DNA of 35,981 nucleotides from Stramenopiles sp. TOSAG23-2 (Eukaryota): NCBI GenBank assembly GCA_900128395.1, contig LT649341.1, positions 1 to 35,981 of the forward strand, read 5' to 3'. Shown piece by piece: positions 26,921 to 35,981 of this stretch (position 1 is its first letter; each line of letters starts with the position of its first letter). The notes under the pieces were generated by a model. It saw only the letters and a program-made list of their open reading frames with translations, ran no database searches and was not told where the DNA came from. The position numbers and the translations under genes were made by a program.

Positions 26921-28540
26921 TTACAAAATAAATTTAGACAAATCGACTTTTTCCACCATTTCTCCTAATCGTTCTTGTACTTTCGGTACATCTACTTTGA
27001 TTACACTACCATCCTCCATATCTGCAGCATCAAAACTAATTTCCTCGATTATTCGTTCCATACACGTGTGCAATCTTCTAGCACCTATATTTTCTACACT
27101 ACGATTTACCTCAGCTGCTAAACGAGCAATTTCTTTAACCGCATCATCATCGATATCCAATTCGACTCCTTCCGTTGCAATCAACGCTTTATTTTGCATG
27201 ATAATATTTGTAACTGGTTCCGTCAATATACGATATAGATCTTCCTCGTCTAATCCTTTTAATTCCACTCGGATTGGCAAACGACCTTGCAATTCTGGCA
27301 ATAGATCACTTGGCTTACATTGATGGAATGCACCGGAAGCAACAAATAAAATATGGTCCGTATTGACATTACCATGTTTAGTAGAAATTGTAGATCCTTC
27401 GATCAACGGCAATAGATCTTTTTGTACACCTTCCGCACTTGCATCTGCACCGCGATAATCACCAGAACTGCAAATTTTATCAATTTCATCAATAAATACA
27501 ATACCATTTTGCTCTACATCATCAATTGCAAATTTAGTCACATCTTCCTCATCCAACGCAACTTGTAATTTTTGATCATACATAATACTTTTAGCTTCAC
27601 TGACTTTAATTTTCTCTTTTCGCTTTTTATCACCCACACCACCATTTGCCTTGTTTAACGCCTCCATCATATTTCTCATGACGTCTTGTGGGCTGTTGTT
27701 AGGGTCGATGTTCAATTTTTGGTTGATAGTCACGGAAACAATGTGATCATCCAATTGGCCATCGTCGTATAATTTGCGCAAATTTTCTTTTGTCGCTTCA
27801 TCATTCGCAGAGGTTTTCTTACCACGCGCATTTGTATCTGGTGCATTCGAACCACCGACGCCGCTTGGTGCATTTTTAGGTGAATTTGTAATTAACGCAA
27901 TAATTTCTTCCTTCACTTCATTTGTTACACGCTCATGCAATGCATCAGTCAAACGCTTCTTTGCTAAGAATATGCCATTATCTAGCAGGTCCCGTATAAT
28001 CATATCAACATCACGACCATGGAAACCCACTTCAGTAAACTTCGTGGCTTCCACTTTTAAAAATGGTGCGTCAGCTAATAACGCTAAACGACGTGCAATT
28101 TCAGTTTTTCCGCACCCAGTTGGGCCAATCATCAAAATGTTCTTTGGTGTCACTTCGCGCCTAAGATCCTCATCCAATTGTTGTCGACGCCAACGATTTC
28201 TCAAGGCTACTGCAACAGCGCGCTTAGCATCACCTTGTCCCACAATATTTTTATCTAGCTGCTCAACGATAAGGCGTGGTTTCATCATATCAGTCAGTTC
28301 CTCTGCATCATCTTCCTCCTCTAACGATATTTCTTCCGATATAGAAGCAGGTGTTGGTGCCTTTTGTGAATGTGCATTTGTTGAAAAAAGACGAATATGA
28401 TTATTACTATTACTATATTTATTACAATGATTATTACAACTATTTTTGAATATTTTAGAAGCAGTATTACTATTTATTCTATTTTTCATCAACGCTTTTG
28501 TGGAAGAAGATGTAGCTAATTGTTTGAATACTCGGCTCAT
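26921..28540 (-). CDS. hslU: Mitochondrial HslU (ClpY) ATPase subunit of HslUV protease
   Basis: VGQGDAKRAVAVALRNRWRR, PKNILMIGPTGCGKTEIARRLA, FTEVGFHGRDV, VFIDEIDK, PELQGRLPIRVEL, ENIGARRLHT; basic/hydroxylated N-terminal presequence. Confidence 0.97.
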   Translation of the reverse strand: MSRVFKQLATSSSTKALMKNRINSNTASKIFKNSCNNHCNKYSNSNNHIRLFSTNAHSQKAPTPASISEEISLEEEDDAEELTDMMKPRLIVEQLDKNIVGQGDAKRAVAVALRNRWRRQQLDEDLRREVTPKNILMIGPTGCGKTEIARRLALLADAPFLKVEATKFTEVGFHGRDVDMIIRDLLDNGIFLAKKRLTDALHERVTNEVKEEIIALITNSPKNAPSGVGGSNAPDTNARGKKTSANDEATKENLRKLYDDGQLDDHIVSVTINQKLNIDPNNSPQDVMRNMMEALNKANGGVGDKKRKEKIKVSEAKSIMYDQKLQVALDEEDVTKFAIDDVEQNGIVFIDEIDKICSSGDYRGADASAEGVQKDLLPLIEGSTISTKHGNVNTDHILFVASGAFHQCKPSDLLPELQGRLPIRVELKGLDEEDLYRILTEPVTNIIMQNKALIATEGVELDIDDDAVKEIARLAAEVNRSVENIGARRLHTCMERIIEEISFDAADMEDGSVIKVDVPKVQERLGEMVEKVDLSKFIL

Positions 28541-29114
28541 CGTTGCTTTGATTTTTTTTAAGTGCTCTTTGCAAAATATGCAGTTGCAACGGATTTATAC
28601 CGATCGTGTTTGGTAAGGTTAAAACGTCTATTTTATGTGTATGTTCGATTTGTTTTCTATCTTTCATACCTACTTTCTCCTTTTGTTCGGTTGTTACTTC
28701 TTCAATATATTATCTATATATTTTTAGTTGGTTTTTTTAATTGATGTTTTATTGATTCAAAAATTGATCTTCGAATGATGTTTTAATCGGAAGCCTTCGA
28801 AACAGGCACGCATTAATGCTGTGTCTATCATAGTGGTATCAAGTATAATAATTAGTATACTGGTTTGATAGGAAAATATCAAAAACAATATTTTAGGGTT
28901 TTCTTTTAAACACAATATGTGGCACATCAACTTCACCTCTTCCTTACTCTCTCTCTTTTATAAATATTTTTTACATTACCTACACTTGCCAGCTTGCATT
29001 TCGATTTTAAAAAAAAACAAAACGAAAAGCAAGACATAGAGATATCCACACCATATATTATATTTTGTCATAATTTAATTATACAGGTACTATATATACT
29101 AATATATCGATTTA

Positions 29115-31445
29115 TTACATGCTCATATTTTTTGATATAGCCTCTACAGTTTCCTTTGCTGCTCTTGGTATTGGTGTACCAGGGCCAAAAACTGCTGCAA
29201 CGCCATTATCATATAAAAATTGATAATCTTGTTGTGGAATTACACCACCACAAATAATAACAATATCTTCACCACCTAATTCTTTCAATGCCTCTCTTAA
29301 TTTTGGCACAAGTGTTTTATGCCCAGCTGCTTGGGAAGATACACCAATTGCATGGACATCTGCATCAATTGCTTGTTGAGCTGCTTCCATTGGTGTTTGA
29401 AATAATGGACCTACATCTACATCAAATCCTAAATCAGCAAATCCACTAGCAATTACTTTAGCACCACGATCATGACCATCTTGTCCCATTTTACATACCA
29501 ACATACGTGGTCTTCTGCCATCTTCCTCTGCAAATTGTTCAATAGTTTGTACTGCATTGTTATATTCTGCTTCATCCTCTGCAGATGTATATTGTTGTGC
29601 ATATGCACCAGTTACAACGTCACTTCTAGCAATATGTTCACCCCATTCGCTTTTTAATGCTTCAGAAATTTCACCTAAAGTACAACGTACACGAGCTGCA
29701 TTAACAGCTAAATTTAATAAATTTTGTGGATTATCACCTGCACCAGTAGTAGTACCTTCTAATGCAGCGGATGTTTTCAATGCATTTAATGCTTCCGCTA
29801 CTGCATTTTCATCACGTGAAGCTTTGATGGATTCTAAACGATTAATTTGTGACGTTCGCACGGCACTATTATCAATTTGCAATACATCGATTGGTTCCTC
29901 ATGATCAAGTTTATATTTATTGGTTCCTACAACTACATCGATACCGGCATCAACACGTGCTTGTTTCCTAGTTGCTGCTTCCTCAATTCGTAATTTTGGC
30001 ATGCCTGTTGATATAGCTTTTCCCATGCCACCAAGTTCTTCCACTTCATCGATTAAACCTAATGCCTCATCGTATAATTGATTTGTTAAACTTTCCATTA
30101 AATATGAACCACCCCATGGATCGGCAACATCGGTAATACCAGTTTCCTCTTGCAAAATTAATTGCGTATTTCTAGCAATACGCGCACTTAACTCCGTTGG
30201 CAAACCAATTGCCTCATCAAATGCATTTGTATGCAAACTTTGTGTACCACCCATCACAGCAGCCATTGCTTCCACTGCTGTGCGAACAACATTATTGTAT
30301 GGGTCTTGCTCTGTTAAGGAATAACCACTGGTTTGACAATGTGTACGTAACAACCAACTTTTTGGATTTTTCGCACCCATACGATCTTTCATTAAATGTG
30401 CCCATAATTTTCTACCAGCACGCATTTTAGCAACTTCCATGTAAAAATTCATTCCAATTGCCCAGAAAAATGATAAACGTGGAGCAACTGCATCGACATC
30501 TAATCCAGCTGCCTGCGCCGTTTTTACATATTCAATGCCATCTGCTAAGGTAAATGCTAATTCTAATTTTGCATCTGCACCTGCTTCTTGCATGTGGTAT
30601 CCAGAAATGGAAATTGAATTAAATTTCGGCATATTTGCCGCCGTATAACCCATAATATCACCAATTAAACGCAAGGATGGTTCCGGTGGATAAATAAATG
30701 TATTACGAACCATATATTCTTTCAATATATCATTCTGTATCGTTCCAGCTAATTTTTCTTGTGACACACCAGATTCCTCAGCAGCAACAATATAAAATGC
30801 AAGTACAGGTAATACTGCACCATTCATCGTCATAGATACACTCATACGATCCAATGGAATTTCATTAAATAAAATTTTCATATCTTCCACACTATCTATT
30901 GCAACTCCTGCCATGCCAACATCACCTAGAACACGTTCATGGTCGGAATCATAACCACGATGGGTTGCTAAATCAAATGCAACGCTTAAACCTTGTTGCC
31001 CAGCTGCGACATTCTTTTTATAAAATGCATTACTTTCCTCTGCTGTACTGAATCCGGCATATTGGCGAATCGTCCATGGTCTTTGTGTATACATAGATGC
31101 ATATGGTCCACGTACATATGGAAAAACACCTGGTGGTGTTGGTTCATCAACTTTATCCGCATCTGCTTTTGTATATAAAGGTTTTAAAACAATACCTTCT
31201 GGTGTTTCTGTTAATAAACTAGTTGGCCCTTTTCCTTTCGTCTCCTTATCTACAATTGGCATCCAACTCTCTGGGAACTCAGCATCCATATCCTCTGGTG
31301 GATTTGCACTTGACCATGCAAATGAACGTTTTTGTTGCATAAATAGTGTAGTTGTAGATGGTGCTAATGTTTTATGTAATGTGGATTTGGTTGAGGAAAA
31401 GAATAATTTCTTCGTCGCTGCTTTGGCTTTTGAAAATCGTAACAT
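29115..31445 (-). CDS. MMUT: Mitochondrial methylmalonyl-CoA mutase (B12-dependent)
   Basis: [48 protein letters not shown] (DxHxxG cobalamin motif); first ATG at 31445 with presequence. Confidence 0.98.
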   Translation of the reverse strand: MLRFSKAKAATKKLFFSSTKSTLHKTLAPSTTTLFMQQKRSFAWSSANPPEDMDAEFPESWMPIVDKETKGKGPTSLLTETPEGIVLKPLYTKADADKVDEPTPPGVFPYVRGPYASMYTQRPWTIRQYAGFSTAEESNAFYKKNVAAGQQGLSVAFDLATHRGYDSDHERVLGDVGMAGVAIDSVEDMKILFNEIPLDRMSVSMTMNGAVLPVLAFYIVAAEESGVSQEKLAGTIQNDILKEYMVRNTFIYPPEPSLRLIGDIMGYTAANMPKFNSISISGYHMQEAGADAKLELAFTLADGIEYVKTAQAAGLDVDAVAPRLSFFWAIGMNFYMEVAKMRAGRKLWAHLMKDRMGAKNPKSWLLRTHCQTSGYSLTEQDPYNNVVRTAVEAMAAVMGGTQSLHTNAFDEAIGLPTELSARIARNTQLILQEETGITDVADPWGGSYLMESLTNQLYDEALGLIDEVEELGGMGKAISTGMPKLRIEEAATRKQARVDAGIDVVVGTNKYKLDHEEPIDVLQIDNSAVRTSQINRLESIKASRDENAVAEALNALKTSAALEGTTTGAGDNPQNLLNLAVNAARVRCTLGEISEALKSEWGEHIARSDVVTGAYAQQYTSAEDEAEYNNAVQTIEQFAEEDGRRPRMLVCKMGQDGHDRGAKVIASGFADLGFDVDVGPLFQTPMEAAQQAIDADVHAIGVSSQAAGHKTLVPKLREALKELGGEDIVIICGGVIPQQDYQFLYDNGVAAVFGPGTPIPRAAKETVEAISKNMSM

Positions 31446-32003
31446 CTTCAATATGTATTTAAAATTAGTCTATTCGTAATTCGATCCTGTAATGAATAAA
31501 TATATAAATATAATTATATATGATATCGTATGTAATGATAGATTAAATCAAAATTATTTTTCTTTTTTTTTGTTTCTTTCTAATACATACAGTACGTGAC
31601 TTGTTGCTTTGGACGATTATAATTAATGATGATTATAACTATATATGCCATCCAATCTTATAGTTAGAATATTATATTAGTAGAAAGAAACTCTCATTAT
31701 TATTTTAATTTTTTCTAAATAAGATAAGATTATTGAGTTAATTATTAAATTAAGGTATTATATACTGCAAAAAAAATTCGTTATTCCTGCTCTCCATATA
31801 TTTCGTGCTCACTGTGGTCATCATCTCCACGAAACAAATCAATGAATATAAATACAAAATATGTATTAATAACAAACATTTACACATTTCGATAAAAAAA
31901 CAAAAAAAATTTTAAAAAAGAAGAAGCTTGTACTACACACACACACATAATAAACAACGAGACCATTCATTATATATTATATACATACATATAAAAAAAA
32001 AAC

Positions 32004-32798
32004 ATGAAAAGAAAAACATTCACTTCGTTTTCATTGAAAGAGAAAACAAATGGTATATCATTAAATGATTTTTCTCCTATTCGGAAGAAGGATGAAATAA
32101 ATGATCGGCATAATACTAAATTGGAAGAAGAAATGAAAGATGCAGAGATCGAAAAATATTTAAATCACGTCACATCAACCAATGGTTACTTACTACACCA
32201 TGCCCAAAAAGGCGATTTACCAATACCATTGAAGTATTATGAACTTGCGTTTATCTTGCCATACTCTGAGGATAGATTTAATATAACAAATAAATCGCAA
32301 TTTCCATTAGACATCTCTGAGATCACCCATAATATTCTTAATACTGAAGAAGAAAAAAGTAATCATTTAGGAAATGTAGAAACGTTAAAACGTAAATTTG
32401 AATATTTAATGTTAGGTATCAGTGATCCAAAAGCTAAATTAAGTGAGCGTGAATTACAAGATGAGGAAGGAAAAATAGCAAAGAATCCATTACATGATCG
32501 TAAAAATTATAATGCAATCTTGCAAAAGATTAAAAAAAGGTTAAAAAGAAATGAAACTGAATCATTTTTTAAAAGCAAAGCATGCATGGCAGTATCGCCA
32601 TTCTATGATATGGTAGATCCAAATATTGTTCGAAGAAAGGAATTGTCATATCCAGAAATGAAACAATTATTACAGAGCAAATTAAGATTGAGACTCTTGT
32701 GCGCGTATCGTTTTTTGAAACTACTCGCCTTGTGTTTGTACGAGGATCTATGTATATATATATATATATATAATATATATATCACACACACACACTGA
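32004..32798 (+). CDS. Hypothetical protein; 3' end uncertain (probably spliced)
   Basis: 264-codon ATG ORF whose last ~15 codons run into TA/CA microsatellite, suggesting read-through into an intron; coding-like sequence follows at ~32880-33080. Confidence 0.5.
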   Translation: MKRKTFTSFSLKEKTNGISLNDFSPIRKKDEINDRHNTKLEEEMKDAEIEKYLNHVTSTNGYLLHHAQKGDLPIPLKYYELAFILPYSEDRFNITNKSQFPLDISEITHNILNTEEEKSNHLGNVETLKRKFEYLMLGISDPKAKLSERELQDEEGKIAKNPLHDRKNYNAILQKIKKRLKRNETESFFKSKACMAVSPFYDMVDPNIVRRKELSYPEMKQLLQSKLRLRLLCAYRFLKLLALCLYEDLCIYIYIYNIYITHTH

Positions 32799-33235
32799 TT
32801 TATATGTGGATATATATTTACATGTATAGTAGTCTTTAGTCTAACACATGACGTATCCCCTTCATAATAATCCTTCATAATATGGCCATTTTACTGGATT
32901 TACACACCTCATCAGTTAAAAATAGCATACTTGGTAAGGCAGGCAAAATGGAAACCCCCACTTTTCCGCTTGATGCCATATCAGCAGAAAAATCCATCCA
33001 GGAATTGTGCCAGATTTTGCGAAGAGAGGATCCTATCTAATTTTGCTAGCCTTTTAGTACGAGATTGCCAGATTTTGCCAACACAAAACTACTATTATAT
33101 TTTGGTCGTCGTCAAAATAAAAATAAGAATATATATAATATTATTACTACAGATATATCTTCTTTCACATACTGTAATAAACGACATCTACATGAATACG
33201 ACAAAACAATATTCCCATGACATATAGTATTTAAT

Positions 33236-35704
33236 ATGTCATCCTCCTCCACATCTGATGCTTCATCGTCAGAAGATGAATGGGAAGAGGCTGAAATTGC
33301 AGTAAACCAAAAAATAACAAATGACGATAATACAAATAATGAACTTCAGCCATCACCTGATTCGGTAGTAGTTGGCACGGATGTAATCGAAACTATGAAA
33401 AGAAAACGTGATGAAAGAGACGAGAAGAGAAAAAAGAAAAAGAAAAAACGATACATAATTCCGGGTAGTCATGAAGATCAAGCTACATTGCACCAAGTTC
33501 AATTGCTATTTAATTTAGGTCGTTTAAGAAGAGAAAATAATGTATGCAACAATAATGGATTACAGCGAGGTTGCTTGTCATATTTACCTGCTGATTTTCT
33601 TAATGATTTATTTGAATTGAAAAATTATCGTAACAATAGTAGTAATAATGAAAATAATAATAATATCAAGGCACAACGCGATATCTCCGTGAATCAATTG
33701 CACAAGATCGTAACTAAATATAATAAAATAATGACATATCAAAATTTACCACACCCACCAGGTGCCCCTAGCATATCTATGGATCGATTGATGTTAGTTT
33801 GTCGAAATAAAAAAGGAACTTCCTATGAATTGCATCTTTTATTATGTAGTATTTTAAGAGCCTTCAATATTTCAACAAGAATTGTCGGTGTAATTAATCC
33901 TATATCATGGAGAAACAACAATAGATCTGGACGGAAAAAAACAAACAAAAAAAGCAAAAATAAGAAACGAAGAAAAAATAATGATGGTGCTAGTAGCAAT
34001 GGAGGCGGTAGTAGCAGTCATAATAATCATAGCAATAGCAATAGTAGTAGTAGTAGTAGTAGTAGTAAAAAAATAAAAATGTCCAATGCAGTATCATCCA
34101 ACATAACAAGAGAATTGCTTTTAACAACAACATCATCTAGTAAAGCATATGTCCCATCGACATGGCTGGAAGTATATGCTATTGCAAATGGCGATGCTAC
34201 TCAACCACATTTGCAAGCGGAAATGAATAGAAAGTCTGATACTAAAAAGAAAACTAATAGCAGTGCCAGGAAGAAAAAGAATAACAGCAGCAAGAAATTA
34301 GATAATCCTATAAACGAGGAGGAGGATGATCTATCTGTACAGCATATTAAAAAACGATGGGTACATCTTGATTGTATACGGAATGTAATAGATCAGCCAT
34401 CCTCCGTAGAATGGTTAAGACCAAAAAATGAAGATTTAATATATACGTTTGCAATTGATCGAAATGACAATGTTATCGATGTACTAGATCGATATTCATT
34501 TAAACCATCAGTTGCACGTAAAAAACAATTTCCTGATAATAAAAAATTTCCATACCAATTTTGGTTGAAAAGTCTATTACAACAATTGACATCTGGTTAC
34601 GATGGAAATACTAAGGAATCGAGGGAAGAGAAAAAAGAATTAAGTTTACTTGGAAATAGTGAACAAATACCAACATCTCAAAATGAATTTCGAAACCACC
34701 CCTTATATGCTCTAGAATCTCATCTTGCTAAAAACGAAGTTATTTATAATGGAACTGTTACTGGTTATTTTAAAGGTAATCCTGTCTATCGTCGTGAGAA
34801 TGTCAAACAAGTTCGCTCCGTTGAACAATGGAAAAGAATGTGTCGTGAAGTGAAAGAAGATCAATTAAACAATCCAACAAAAGTTGGATCAAAACGTATA
34901 CGAAATGTTAAAAATGATAATAATAATAATATGATGATGAATATGAATAATAGTAGTAGCGATGAAGATGCCAATGGAAATACTGGTAGTAGCAGTAGCA
35001 AAAAAAAAAGCAACATGGAAAGGATACCTTTATTTGGATTATGGCAAACAACACTTTATAAGCCACCACCAGTTATCAATGGTAAAATTCCTAGAAATAG
35101 TTATGGGAATTGGGAGTTATGGACACGTGGTCATACACCGGCCGGATCTGTACATTTAGCACATGATAAAATTGAAATAACATGCAAAGCATTAGGGGTT
35201 GAATATGTAGCAGTTGTAAATGGCTTTGAACGGAAACAAGGTCGTACAATACCTGTTAAAAATGGCGTGTTGGTATTGAAAGAAATGGAAGGTACTATCA
35301 TTGAAGCACATGAAGCAATGGAAATAGAACGTGAGAAAAAAAGAGCTTTAAAACGAAAGAAAAGAGCAATACGGAACTGGCGACGGTTGATGTCATGTTA
35401 TAAAACTAAAATGTATGTCGACGAAATGTATAATTATAGTAGTAGCGATGAGGATACTACGAACAACAACAATCAAAATGCAATTGTCCAAACGAAAAAG
35501 AACGGAAGTGGTAGTAATAGTGGTAAAAAAAGCAGCAGCAGCACAAATGGAACGTCTGGAAAGTCAACATCTTTGTCAAAAAATAATACAGAAGTGATAC
35601 GTAATCATGCGCATCGATTTGATATCAAGGTTAGGTTGGACAATGGTTGTGATCAAGAGAAGTGTTCTATTTGTGGGTTTGTTAGAGTGGTTGAAGAGAT
35701 GTAA
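33236..35704 (+). CDS. XPC: XPC/Rad4 nucleotide excision repair damage sensor
   Basis: WLEVY...WVHLD, DVLDRY, IPTS..EFRNHPLYALE, VYRRENV, LFGLWQT..Y.PP...NGKIPRNSYGN, AVVNGFE, centrin-binding-like NWRRLM helix. Confidence 0.95.
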   Translation: MSSSSTSDASSSEDEWEEAEIAVNQKITNDDNTNNELQPSPDSVVVGTDVIETMKRKRDERDEKRKKKKKKRYIIPGSHEDQATLHQVQLLFNLGRLRRENNVCNNNGLQRGCLSYLPADFLNDLFELKNYRNNSSNNENNNNIKAQRDISVNQLHKIVTKYNKIMTYQNLPHPPGAPSISMDRLMLVCRNKKGTSYELHLLLCSILRAFNISTRIVGVINPISWRNNNRSGRKKTNKKSKNKKRRKNNDGASSNGGGSSSHNNHSNSNSSSSSSSSKKIKMSNAVSSNITRELLLTTTSSSKAYVPSTWLEVYAIANGDATQPHLQAEMNRKSDTKKKTNSSARKKKNNSSKKLDNPINEEEDDLSVQHIKKRWVHLDCIRNVIDQPSSVEWLRPKNEDLIYTFAIDRNDNVIDVLDRYSFKPSVARKKQFPDNKKFPYQFWLKSLLQQLTSGYDGNTKESREEKKELSLLGNSEQIPTSQNEFRNHPLYALESHLAKNEVIYNGTVTGYFKGNPVYRRENVKQVRSVEQWKRMCREVKEDQLNNPTKVGSKRIRNVKNDNNNNMMMNMNNSSSDEDANGNTGSSSSKKKSNMERIPLFGLWQTTLYKPPPVINGKIPRNSYGNWELWTRGHTPAGSVHLAHDKIEITCKALGVEYVAVVNGFERKQGRTIPVKNGVLVLKEMEGTIIEAHEAMEIEREKKRALKRKKRAIRNWRRLMSCYKTKMYVDEMYNYSSSDEDTTNNNNQNAIVQTKKNGSGSNSGKKSSSSTNGTSGKSTSLSKNNTEVIRNHAHRFDIKVRLDNGCDQEKCSICGFVRVVEEM

Positions 35705-35981
35705 TTTTAGTTGGAACACACGACGCTCATGTAATTTGTTTTGTTGTAATATTTTTGTTCTTTCTTTTAACACTGATAACAATTGAAATGCGCATATTTT
35801 TCATCAAATTTCATTAAAATGAGCATTTCCAACCTAATTTCTTGAATTTAATTGTTATGATGATGGATTTTTCATTTCATTACATGAAAACAAAGGAAAA
35901 ACATTGAAAATACCTTTTTAAAGTTAGGCTCCACTAGTATACCATTTTTCCTATCAATTGGCAAAATAATTTTGACATTTC

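Noticed and set aside
27774..28400. 208-aa plus-strand ORF, and similar short ORFs overlapping real genes (e.g. 97..513, 26997..27323, 29557..29904, 23337..23645)
   Set aside because: Antisense shadows of coding sequence with no independent motifs.
26921..31445. Bacterial operon or contamination suggested by tandem hslU and methylmalonyl-CoA mutase
   Set aside because: Both carry mitochondrial-type presequences, share host composition, are separated by ~570 bp of eukaryotic spacer, and no hslV is adjacent.

Overview
AT-rich, gene-dense eukaryotic (protist-like) DNA with long near-intronless genes, Asn/Ser homopolymer tracts, two clear GT-AG introns and intergenic microsatellites; standard genetic code. 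Recognisable genes: a 5'-truncated Rab-like GTPase with a long tail, a sterol-glycosyltransferase/ecdysteroid-kinase-like fusion, a MOZART-like protein, a Zn-finger/TruA pseudouridine synthase/2OG-Fe(II) oxygenase fusion, FAM135-like lipase, secretory thioredoxin, Prune/PPX1, an OATP/SLCO transporter, mitochondrial HslU, methylmalonyl-CoA mutase and XPC/Rad4. The standout is a 992-aa intronless ORF (7126-10104). By motif it joins a RAMA-like DNA-binding domain, an R-S-E ADP-ribosyltransferase, an atypical bacterial/phage-type kinase, a NADAR-like DUF6939 domain and a Zn finger, so it is a candidate single-chain reader/writer/eraser of ADP-ribosylation. The 14.0-16.6 kb interval holds 50-bp direct repeats, a 182-bp element with 23-bp perfect inverted ends, and decayed ORFs. 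All domain calls come from motif recognition by eye; no searches were run.
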